The position numbers were made by a program, and so were the translations under genes. A stretch of 64,000 nucleotides of DNA from Batkoa obscura. Lineage: Eukaryota. Shown in pieces: positions 1-11,239 of this stretch (positions are counted from its first letter, which is position 1; each line of letters begins with the position of its first letter). The notes beneath the pieces are model-generated. The model did no database searches and was not told the origin of the DNA. It worked only from the letters and a program-made list of their open reading frames with translations. The stretch is from NCBI GenBank assembly GCA_030770535.1, contig JASVEC010000018.1, forward strand, positions 992,001 through 1,056,000, read 5' to 3'.

Positions 1-94
1 GGGGATGTATTTTTTGTTTGAGGATTTGACTAACAACCTTTCCACTTAATAACGTTTAAAAAATGGGAAAAGTGATGAAAACAAAAAACATCTC
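1..94. mobile_element. ~98-bp MITE
   Basis: GGGGATGT...ACATCTC ends and family core sequence. Confidence 0.75.
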
Positions 95-463
95 TAATGT
101 TATGTTAGCTAATAGATAGGTAGTTAATTACTCTTGTAGTGCTATTTATAAAGCATCAGAATAGTGAAAAAGTACTGCTTTTTGACTACAATAATATCAA
201 GTATTAAAAAGGCTTAGCCATTAACATTTAAAAATCTAAAATTATTTTACAAAAAAAATGAAAGTTAATAAAATTAAATACATAGTTCAATAAATATGTG
301 AAATTAATATTAATAAAAATGTTATTAAATATTAAAGTTTTTTATTGATGTTTTACAAACTTGTACAAATTAAATTGTCTATTTATTATGTGATTTTTTA
401 CTATAAGTCTATTAAACTGTGATGCTTCAAAGTTCATAATTTAATTCAGTATTATCACAATTT

Positions 464-562
464 GAGGTTGTTTTTTTTGGCTTCATTACTTTTTCCATTT
501 TTTAAGCACTATTTGGGCAAGAAAATTTGTTAGTAAATTCTCAAACACGGGAATATATCCCC
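464..562. mobile_element. ~98-bp MITE, 51 bp upstream of tRNA-Pro
   Basis: Family core GGCTTCATTACTTTTTCCATTTTTTAAGCACTATTTG. Confidence 0.8.
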
Positions 563-613
563 GTTTATTTAGAATTAAATATATAGAATATTAATTAAGT
601 CAAAGTAATAGAT

Positions 614-685
614 GGCTTAGTGGTCTAGTGGTATGATTCTCGCTTTGGGTGCGAGAGGCCCTGGGTTCAATTCCCAGCTGAGCCC
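614..685 (+). tRNA. tRNA-Pro (anticodon TGG), intronless
   Basis: Acceptor stem GGCTTAG/CTGAGCC, anticodon arm CTCGC-TT-TGG-GT-GCGAG, T arm CTGGG-TTCAATT-CCCAG; 72 nt; T-tract downstream. Confidence 0.96.
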
Positions 686-1351
686 TGATATATTTACTTT
701 TATAAACAGTTATAGCAAACTTGTATCATGAAAATATCCCATTTTTTTAATATATGGGGTTGTCTGAATTAGTTTCATTATTTTTTAAAATTTGTATTCT
801 AAAACTTTGCTTAAAATTCTATAAAATCATATCTTTTATTAAAAAAAGTACCCGGAAACAGTTCTAAATCATTCTATTATAGCTCATATTGTAAGTTAGT
901 TGAATTTCTACTAGATCTTAAATACACACATTCTTATGAAACTTTATTGAGAAATATTTATTATCAACTGCTTTATAACCAACATTGTATATTTATTATC
1001 AAATAAGTAAACTACTTTAATGTTATAATTACATTATCAATATATTGCCAAGTTAATAAATAGCTGCATGGGAGGGAGTGATTAGCCCCAAAACTATAAT
1101 TAACCACCTCTATATAGTACAAGTAATAGTAGTTTTTACATGTTACAATTACTTGTTCTTTGAGTATTTATTAACTTAGCTATTAATAACTTAAGTAATC
1201 TTAACATTTAATATATTTCTATCATTCAACAAACTACTTACTTGTTTAGTAAATATCGAAATTTTTAAATTCTCTGTTATCTTCGTAAGGTAAGCTGGGA
1301 TCGATCTTTTAATTTTTCTATTTTCTATAGACTCTATAACTCTAATTGTAA

Positions 1352-2345
1352 CTATATCGCTTTTTTTGATGTATCAGATACTGGATAATAATGTAGTTTA
1401 TTGTTATGTTTGATAAAGTGTAAATACTTCTTAATCCTTTGCATCTCTATTATTCTTTTTGTATTTTTGTTTCTTTTATACTTTTTAAAAATTATATCTG
1501 TTTTCCCATTATTAATAGTCGAGTTATTAATTTTATTATGCTCGCAAATAAAAGCCTCAAATCTTGAAATTAATTGATCGATATCTTCTATTTTACCTAA
1601 CGCTTCAAAACTACTTTTCCATTTTGAAAGGTTTCCAAAATGTCCATCAACTATACTTTTTCCATGATGCTCCAGCAAAAAAATTAAGATTAACATTCAA
1701 ACTACTATTTATTTTATGAATTTCTTTAAACATATAGTGTAGAAACTCTTGGGATCTAAAATCATTTCCTGTATCTGCCCATATATTAATTTTTGTAAAC
1801 TTTTTAAATAGAAGCTCTGTAGAGATCAAATTGATTAAACAATCTCCTGCATATGCTGAATCATGGTGATTCAATATTTCAGACAAATAATCAAAGTAAA
1901 CTTTGCCTATTGTTTTATCATCTTTTAAATATAATACACCAAAGCCTAATACTGATATAGCTTGTTTATTATAATGATCTAGATTTATTGAATTTGGTCT
2001 TGTCCCTATTTCCATATTTTGTTTAAAATCTAAAACTATTATACAACTTTTGTTATTTAATTTTTTAATAGTTTCATTAAATGTGTTTTTTTGAGTATCA
2101 ACACAGAATTTATGTAATTTGTATAATTTTTCTTCTTCGTTGAAAATTTCTTGTATCTCTGCTTTGTTTTTTGCTGTATTTATTTTATTTTCAAATAACT
2201 TTTTTCTAACTGTATACTGGGTACATATATTACATAGATCTGTTTTTCTTGCTGGATTTTTGAAATTACTTGGTACATATTTAAAAAATGTTGACCTACC
2301 TACTGCTTTATCTTTTAAATCATTAAAATGTTTACTATACATCAT
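1352..2345 (-). pseudogene. Frameshifted transposase of copy A (C-terminal two thirds)
   Basis: Same protein as copies B and D; an extra base near 1670 (GCTCCAGCA vs GTTCAGCA) breaks FFAEHHGKS. Confidence 0.85.
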
Positions 2346-2374
2346 TCTTCTACTTTTATCTAATATATATATAT

Positions 2375-4770
2375 GGGGCTGTCCTAATTGGTTTCAGAAT
2401 TTACTTAGAAATTAATCCAAATTTTAAAATTTTAAATTTGTGTCTAATATGACGGTTAAATCTAAAAAGCTTAAATTAAATGTCTCTATTTAAAACTTAT
2501 TTTAATTGTTTCCTTTTCTTAAATAGCTAATTTTCCTAATTATATGTTTTATGTTAGTTCTATTAGATGTTTAACAGATACATAATATATAACTATATAA
2601 TTATATAATTATATAAATACAGTTATTTGACTTTATTTTTTGTTGAAATAAAAATAAAATGCAAACTTTCATAAATAAACTTCGAAATCGAATTTTTGAA
2701 AATTTCAATACAATAGGGAGGAGTACACAATATAAACATTGTAATTCGTTTACATCAATTTTAAGAGCTACTTATAACAACCCAAGGTTTATGGAATTTT
2801 ACAATAAAACAAAACAAAGAAAAGATATATTATCAAAGTTTACTATCAATAATAATAAACTTAATCAAGCAATGTATAAAATTAGTACTTTGAGGGAAAC
2901 AGGAAACAGGAAACAGGAAACAGGAAACAAAAATCAACAAGTACCGTTATTATCAACTATAGCTTCAGTATATTCTTTTGGTGAACGTAAGAGTTTTGAG
3001 TTTAATATAAACAGAAATCAATATGATTATTCAAAAATAAGTAATAATAATAAAATATCAACATTACAACTTATTATTAAAAATACAAAAAAAATTAAAG
3101 ATGAGCAAATTGAAACTATTATACAATATTTGCTAAATAATTCAACTATTTCATCAAGATTTAATAAAAAAGTAACGATAGTAAATATTCATCAGATAAT
3201 ATATATATATTAAATAAAAGTAGAAGAATGATATATAGTAAATATCTGAGTGATCTAAAAGATAAAGTGGTAGCTAGGTCAACGTTCTTTAAATATATAC
3301 CAAGCAATTTCAAAAATCCAGCAAGAAAAACAGATCTATGTAATATATGTACCCAGTATACAGTTAGAAAAAAGTTATTTGAAAATAAAATAAATACAGC
3401 AAAAAACAAAGCAGAGATACAAGAAATTTTCAACGAAGAAGAAAAATTATACAAATTACATAAATTCTGTGTTGATACTCAAAAAAACACATTTAATGAA
3501 ACTATCAAAAAATTAAATAACAAAAGTTGTATAATAGTTTTAGATTTTAAACAAAATATGGAAATAGGGACAAGACCAGATTCAATAAATCTAGATCATT
3601 ATAATAAACAAGCTATATCAGTATTAGGTTTTGGTGTATTATATTTAAAAGATGATAAAACAATAGGCAAAGTTTACTTTGATTATTTATCTGAAATATT
3701 GAATCATGATTCAGCATATGCAGGAGATTGTTTAATCGATTTAATCTCTATAGAGCTTCTATTTAAAAAGTTTACAAAAATTAATATATAGGCAGATACA
3801 GGAAATCATTTTAGATCCCAAGAGTTTCTACACTATATGTTTAAAGAAATTCATAAAATAAATAGTAGTTTGAATGTTAATCTTAATTTTTTTGCTGAAC
3901 ATCATGGAAAAAGTATAGTTGATGGACATTTTGGAAACCTTTCAAAATGGAAAAGTAGTTTTGAAGCGTTAGGTAAAATAGAAGATATCGATCAATTAAT
4001 TTCAAGATTTGAGGCTTTTATTTGCGAGCATAATAAAATTAATAACTCGACTGTTAATAATGGGAAAACAGATATAATTTTTAAAAAGTATAAAAGAAAC
4101 AAAAATACAAAAATAATAATAGAGATGCAGGGCATTAAGAAGTATTTACACTTTATCAAACATAATAATAAACTACATTGTTATCCAGTATCTGATACAT
4201 CAAAAAAAGCGATATAGTTACAATTAAAGTTATAGAGTCTATAAAAAATACAAGAATTAAAAGATCAATCCCAACTTACCTCACAAAGATAACAGGGAAT
4301 TTAAAAATTTCAATATTTACTAAGTAGTTTGTTAAATGATAGAAATAGATTGTTAAATGTTAAGATTACTTAAGTTATTAATAGCTAAGTTAATAAATAC
4401 TCAAAGAACAAGTAACTGTAATAATATGTAAAAACTACTATTACTTGTACTATATAGAGGTGGTTAATTATAGTTTTGGGGCTAATCACTCCCTCCCATG
4501 CAGCTATTTATTAACTTGGCAATATATTAATAATGTAATTATAACATTAAAATAGTTTATTTATTTGATAACAAATCTACAATGTTGGTTATAAAGCAGT
4601 TGATAATAAATATTTCTCAATTAAGCTTTATAAAAACATGTATTTAAGATCTAGTAGAAATTCAACTAGCTTACATTATAAACTATAATAGAATGATTTA
4701 GAACTGTGTCTGGGTACTTTTGTTTTAATAAAAAATTGGATAAAATAATGAAACTAATTCAGACAACCCC
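2375..4770 (+). mobile_element. Sola-like DNA transposon copy B, full length (2396 bp)
   Basis: Left TIR GGGGCTGTCCTAATTGGTTTCA; right TIR TGAAACTAATTCAGACAACCCC (18/22 match); ATAT TSD at 2371-2374 and 4771-4774. Confidence 0.93.
2659..4217 (+). pseudogene. DDD transposase (Sola-like, closest to Sola2 motifs), ~519 aa when repaired; one frameshift (~3170) and one TGG>TAG stop (3789-3791)
   Basis: Motifs TDLCNIC...H, LDFKQN, WADTG and HHGKSIVDGHFG resemble the DF.EN / SD / HGK..DG pattern I recall for Sola2-type transposases; both lesions are absent in copy D. Confidence 0.8.
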
Positions 4771-5006
4771 ATATTATCTGATAAATATTTATTATCATTA
4801 TTTTTTTTATTAAATCTTGATGAATAGTTGAATCATTTAGTAAATATTGTATAATAGTTTCAATTTGGTCATCTTTAATTTTTTTTGTATTTTTAATAAT
4901 AGGTTGTAACGTTGATATTTTATTACTATTGTTGCTTATTTTTGAATAATCATATTGATTTCTATTTATATTAAACCCAAAACTCTTAGATTCATCAAAA
5001 GAATAT

Positions 5007-5104
5007 GGGGATGCCTTTTTGGCTTCATCACCTTTTCCATCTTTTAAGTGTTATTTGAGTAGAAAGATTGTTAGGAAAATTCCTGAACACAAAAATACAT
5101 CCAC
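5007..5104. mobile_element. ~98-bp MITE inside the transposase of copy A
   Basis: The empty site GAATATACTG in copy B becomes GAATAT[MITE]GTATACTG, showing a 4-bp TSD. Confidence 0.9.
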
Positions 5105-5659
5105 GTATACTGAAGCTATAGTTGATAATAGCGCCTACTTGCTGATTTTTATTTCCTGTTTCTCTTAAAGCACTAATTTTATACATTGGTTGATAAGTCT
5201 ATTATTATGGATAGTAAACTTTGATGATGTATCTTTTCTTTTTTTGTTTTATTATAAGATTCCATAAACCCTGGGTTGGTATAAGTAGCTCTTAAAATTG
5301 ATGTAAATCAATTAAAATGTTTATATTGTGTACTCCTCCCTATTGTATTGGACTTTTGAAAAATTCGATTTCGAAGTTTAGTTATGAAAGTTTGCATTTT
5401 ATTTTTATTTCAACAAAAAATAAAGTCAAATAAGTGTATTTGTATATTATATATCTATTAAATATCTAACAGAAATAATATGAAATATATAAATTAGAAA
5501 AATCAGCTATTTAAGAAAAGGAAATAACTAAAATAAGTTTTAAATAAAGATATTCAACTTTAGGCTTTTTAGATTTAACCGTCATATTAAAGACAAATTT
5601 TAAAATTTAAAATTTGGATTGACTTCTAAGTAAACTCTGAAACTAATCCGGACAACCCC

Positions 5660-5925
5660 ATTATAAATTTTCTGCTACATAAAAGCTGCATAGGAGGGAG
5701 TGGTTAGTTTTAAAACTATATAACCACCCTTATGTAATACGAATAATATGATAATAGTTTTTATTTTTAATTTTAATGCTTTATAAGGTTATTTTCTATA
5801 ATATTTTTTTGAAATGTCTGTTAATTATACTTTTTCCATGGTGCTTAGTAAATTAAAAAAACATCCTTCTATATTGTCTCTTTTATTAAATTTTGATGAA
5901 ATAAGGACTTTAATAAGTATTATAT
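5660..5925 (-). mobile_element. Old, heavily deleted copy of the same transposon; its left end probably lies at ~7470-7534
   Basis: Retains GCTGCAT.GGGAGGGAGTG, a remnant of the HHGKSI codons, and a degenerate TIR ATTCTGAAACCAGTTTGGACATC near 7511-7533. Confidence 0.6.
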
Positions 5926-5928
5926 AGG

Positions 5929-7342
5929 AGGGCTGTCCTAATTGGTTTCAGAGTTTACTTAGAAGTTAATCCAGATTTTAAATTTTAAAATTTGTCTTTA
6001 ATGTGACGGTTAAATCTAAAAAGCTAAAATTAAATCTCTCTATTTAAAGCTTATTTTAATTGTCTCTTTTTCTTAAATAGTTGGCTTTCCTAACTATATG
6101 TTTTATGTTAGTTCTGTTAGATATTTAACAGATATATAATATATAACTATATGGTTATATAATAATATATATACACTTATCTGACTTTATTTTTTGTTGA
6201 AATAAAAATAAAATGCAAACTTTCATTAACTAAACTTTCAAATGGAATTTTTGAAAATTTAATATAATAGGGAGGAGTACACAATATAAACATTGTAATT
6301 CATTTACATCAATTTTAAAAACTATTTATAACAACCCAAGGTTTATGGAATTTTATGATACAATAAAACAAAGAAAAGATATATTATTAAAGTTTACTAT
6401 TAATATAATAAACTTAATCAACCAATGTGTAAAATCAATGCTTTTAAGGGAAACAGAAAATAATAATCAACAAGTGGCGTTATTATTAACTATAGCTTCA
6501 GTATATCATTTTGATGAATGTAAGAGTTTTGAATTTAATATAAATAGAAATCAATATGATTATTCAAAAATAAGTAATAATAGTAATAAAATATTAACAT
6601 TACAACCTATTACCAAAAATACAAAAAGAATAATAGAGATGCAAAGGATTAAGAAGTATTTACACTTTATCAAACATAACAATAAACTACATTATTATCC
6701 AGTATCTGATACATCAAAAAAAGCGATATAGTTACAATTAAAGTTATAGAGTCTATAGAAAATAGAAAAATTAAAAGATCGATCCCAGCTTACCTTACGA
6801 AGATAACAGAGAATTTAAAAATTTCGATATTTACTAAACAAGTAAGTAGTTTGTTGAATGATAGAAATATATTAAATGTTAAGATTACTTAAGTTATTAA
6901 TAGCTAAGTTAATAAATACTCAAAGAACAAGTAATTGTAACATGTAAAAACTACTATTACTTGTACTATATAGAGGTGGTTAATTATAGTTTTGGGGCTA
7001 ATCACTCCCTCCCATGCAGCTATTTATTAACTTGGCAATATATTGATAATGTAATTATAACATTAAAGTAGTTTACTTATTTGATAATAAATATACAATG
7101 TTGGTTATAAAGCAGTTGATAATAAATATTTCTCAATAAAGTTTCATAAGAATGTGTGTATTTAAGATCTAGTAGAAATTCAACTAACTTACAATATGAG
7201 CTATAATAGAATGATTTAGAACTGTTTCCGGGTACTTTTTTTAATAAAAGATATGATTTTATAGGATTTTAAGCGAAGTTTTAAAATATAAAATTCAAAA
7301 ATTGGATAAAATAATGAAACTAATTCAGAGACAAAACCCCCC
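5929..7342 (+). mobile_element. Non-autonomous internal-deletion derivative, copy C (~1.4 kb)
   Basis: Both TIRs present (slightly mutated); ~1 kb of transposase deleted between two AAAAATACAAAAA tracts; fused ORF 6345-6731. Confidence 0.9.
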
Positions 7343-7346
7343 ATAT

Positions 7347-7444
7347 GACGTATTTTTTTAAGAATTTTACTAAATAATCTTTCCGCTCAAATAGAGGTGA
7401 GTGCTTAAAAGATAGAAAAAGTGATGAAACCAAAAAACACCCTC
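7347..7444. mobile_element. MITE abutting the right end of copy C
   Basis: Family core; shares the ATAT at 7343-7346. Confidence 0.7.
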
Positions 7445-8087
7445 AAAATATATTGATTGGGGGACACTTACAAATTTAAAATAACAAAAGTTGGATCAAT
7501 TTTTAACTAAATTCTGAAACCAGTTTGGACATCGTAGATCCTAAAAACTGAATGTAAAAGTAGTTTTTTCTAAGTAACAAACCTATTTTTTAAATATAGC
7601 CAAAAAAAATGTAGTTTTTCAATGCCTTTATTTTGCAGTGGGTGGTAGCGGTTTGAATATTAAATTTTTTAAAAAATTGGTAGGATGATAGGATCTTAAA
7701 AACTATTTGTTTTGCTTTTTTATTAACTAAATTAAAGCTTATAAGTTATGATTGATTTTATTTGAAAAACTTATTGTTTTCTCTTAAACTCATATCAAGG
7801 ATAAAAAAATATACATTAATAACACAGTATATGGTTAAATATATTTTATCCTATAGTATAAGTTTATATAAATTTATATTGTTTAGAGCCAAGAATATAT
7901 ATGCTTAAGAAGTTTTAAATCAATATTACCAAACTGTGTTGTAAAATATTAAACAATTTGAGGTTGATCAACTAAAATTAAAAAGTAAAGTGATGCCTGA
8001 TCTAATATGGCAATAATTAAAATTATCATACTTTAAAAATGATTACTTTGACAAGACTAAATTGTATATAGAAAATTGACAAAATTT

Positions 8088-8185
8088 GGGGATGTTTTTT
8101 TTGGCTTCATTACTTTTTATTCTTTAAAGCCGCTATTTGAGCGAAAAAACTGTTAGTAAAATTGTTGAAAAAAATATATTCCCCC
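8088..8185. mobile_element. ~98-bp MITE
   Basis: GGGGATGT...CCCC ends and family core. Confidence 0.8.
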
Positions 8186-9714
8186 ATATAGTAAATAGCA
8201 ATAAAAATTATGAATTTTATTCAGCTAAATACAATTTATTTATAATATTAACAACAAATGGTTATTGTTTGGATCTCAATTTAATAGCTATTTCAAAACT
8301 TTGGAAATTTTTAGCTCAATTAATACATAAAAAGTCACATTCAAGGAAAAATAATCACTACTGTTAAATATTAGGATGCCAATCAACATCTGGATAAAAA
8401 GAGATAATCTTTAGATAACATAATTTATTTGTCATTGGTTCAAACATGTTCAATAAATCCAGCTCTAACTAATAAAAAGAGGGATCGATTACACATTTTA
8501 AATATAAGTTTATAATTTTGAATTTTGTTAATCTTTTATAATTTTCAATACATATTCTTGATCTGAAATTAAGTTTAGTATTTTTATAACCACCTGATGG
8601 TTAGCAACAATCTCCAGCTTTTTGAATTACTTCTTTGATGATGAAATCATTGTTAGATAATAATATTTGAGAGGTTAGTTTAATCGTTACATTAGACATT
8701 AGAGTATACTTTTAACTTTTATTTCGAATTTATCATCAAGGTTGCTTAACTAAGTTCAACATTATTAAATTATTAAATAGCGTGCTACTATTTTGTATTT
8801 GAAATAACTAAGAATTAAACATAGCAATCACAAAACGTCATTATATATGAAAGGTGAACTTTAAACATAATCAATCACTTTTTCTATGGCTCCAAATCGC
8901 CATTTAAAACTTTATCAAAGCACTGAACAAGGCAAATAAAACAAACAATTTTTTGAAGTTGTTATCAGTTAAAATCAAGGATAAAAACTTAATACTTATA
9001 GACTTTTATTTCTGTTGATGATTATTATGAGATTTCTTACATCTGTACTTTATCTACTACATTTTATGATTTATTCAATTCATCCTGATTCTTCGATTAT
9101 CATTATAGTTTTTATCATCTCTTACACTAATATAATCTATTAAAGATTTATCATAACATAATTAATCATCATAAGTAAATTATATATGAATTTCACTAAT
9201 TAAAATTAGATTAATATAATGAAATCTTTGAACTTGTAATTGCTTTTAGGAATTATCAATACGGATAAACTATTGCTACATTATAGATAAAATTGTATAT
9301 TAATTAAAAACAACAACTTAGTTGATATAATAATTTATTACATTAATAATTATTTTCCCTGAATTGATATATTTATTATTCATTGAATTCGATACATTCA
9401 TAGTTTAAATAATTCAATTGAGTAACCTGAGATTTATAAACTAAATGGCTGTAAAAACCAGAAACAATACAAAGATGGGGAAATACTTTTATTCTAAATA
9501 TTACTATCTATTATAAAAATAGTATTTCAATTATATTAAAATAATTATAAAAAGTATAACTTTAACGGTTAAACGACTACATTGTAACCAGTGCTTCAAA
9601 CAATGATCCTTCGTTCACTTGAAGAATCTAGAAGAAAAATGCTAGTTAACCATTTAACATAATGTTTAATAAGAATCATTGTTTATTTTTGATTTAAAAC
9701 ATACAAAGGATATT

Positions 9715-11239
9715 GTGATGTTTTTTTTTGGCATCATCACTTTTTCTATTTTTTAAATGCTATTTGAGTGGAAAAATTGTTAGTTAAGGTTCTTAAACAA
9801 AAAAATATATCATTTATTAAATCTAAGATCAACTCTACATTTATGCCAAGATCAATGATCCAATGATCGTAAAACTATTATGAAAAATCAGGTTTTAAGT
9901 ACAAATTATTATATGAAATTTTTAATTGCGTTAAGAGCTTTGGTTAACTCTAATATAAGCAAATCCAAGCAAGTGTGATGTAAAGGGTGTAATTCAAAAG
10001 CTATTTACAAACAGGAACCAATTGCTGAAATTGCCTAGTAAAAAAGGGGAAGAAAGGTAAAGAATTATGTAACGTTTTTAGCAAATTTAATCTTAAAATG
10101 TAGATTGTTTCTGTGCTTGAATTTTACTAATAGATTTTTCTGCTCAAATAACGCTTAAATGAAAAGAAGTGAAAGCCAAACAAAAACACACCTATAGATG
10201 TTGACGACTAGACTCAAAAACTCTTATAAAATCATGATTATAAATATGAGGTATTGATAATCTTTAATGACGATTGATTTTAAAAACACTAAATAAACGA
10301 AGCAACCAAATTTGATTTATGAAATTTTGTAATCAAAATTATGACCTCAGTTGGTTATTATAACATTTGTGAATAAATTCAAATTTTATTTTATTCTATC
10401 TTAATAAACTATAACACTCCTAATTTTCATAGAAGGCCTCCCCCTCCCTGGTATCTTTGAAAAAATTAAATTTGTAATTGACAATAAAAGCACAATCAAT
10501 CTAAAACAGTAATTAATATGAGATGATTTGTATAAAAATATAGATCAGTGTTAGTTACAGTGATTTGTAATGGCCAATATTACTTGGACCATTTTGTAAT
10601 ATAAAATATTTACTATATCATTTTATTTATATAATAATTGAAAATAGCAAAATTAAAAACATATTTATCATAATTATAGAAATGAATGGAGGCCAGTTTT
10701 AATATTGCAAACACGTTTTGTTGAGATGATAAAACTCTAGTCGTCTTCAAATCATCCATTTGAAGAGTTTTAAATATAGAAAGACAGAGATCATTTTACC
10801 AAAGTTGAGATAAAGATGATTAAAACAGATGTTTAAGCTTGATATGAGGGGTGTTTTTTTGACTTCACATTTTCTATCTTTTCTCAAGCCCCGGGCTATT
10901 TGAGTGGAGAAATTAGTAAAATTCTCGAATACAAAAATTTATCTTTCCCTCCCATAATTTTATCAAAAACTTATAACTAAATTATTTTACCAAATACGAA
11001 AGATTTTATATGAGTATAACACTAAAGTGATATATAAAATAAACACAAGCATATAAAGTGTGTATTTGGATATTTGGATATTTAAATAATAACAAAAAAT
11101 AATTTTTCAAAATATTTATTATTATCTGAACAGAACATATCGGCTGTTTTTTTGGATTTGATCACTTTTCCATTTTTTAAGCGCTATTTTATTTGAGTGG
11201 AAAGGTTAATAAAATTTTAAATAAAAAACACATCCTCCC
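9715..11239. mobile_element. Four separate degenerate MITEs (~9715-9813, ~10100-10193, ~10846-10950, ~11141-11239)
   Basis: Family core ATTTGAGTGGAAA / CTCAAATA; decayed ends. Confidence 0.65.

Larger units (their letters stand above)
756..5659 (-). mobile_element. Sola-like DNA transposon copy A, interrupted by copy B (2375-4770) and a MITE (5007-5104)
   Basis: Right TIR GGGGTTGTCTGAATTAGTTTCA at 756; left-end TIR ending GGACAACCCC at 5659; transposase fragments 1352-2345; element sequence resumes at 4775 where it stopped at 2374 (compare uninterrupted copy D near 15070). Confidence 0.85.

Noticed and set aside
4188..4235. Possible GTATCT...TAG intron removing the transposase stop
   Set aside because: The nearby acceptors lead to stops within a few codons.
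4218..4770. Fanzor/TnpB-type RNA-guided module in the long 3' region
   Set aside because: No RuvC or zinc-ribbon ORF is present; the only ORF is a DDD transposase.
8560..8660. Minus-strand peptide VIQKAGD..PSGGY resembling a JmjC C-terminal strand
   Set aside because: Too short, contains a stop, no supporting motifs.
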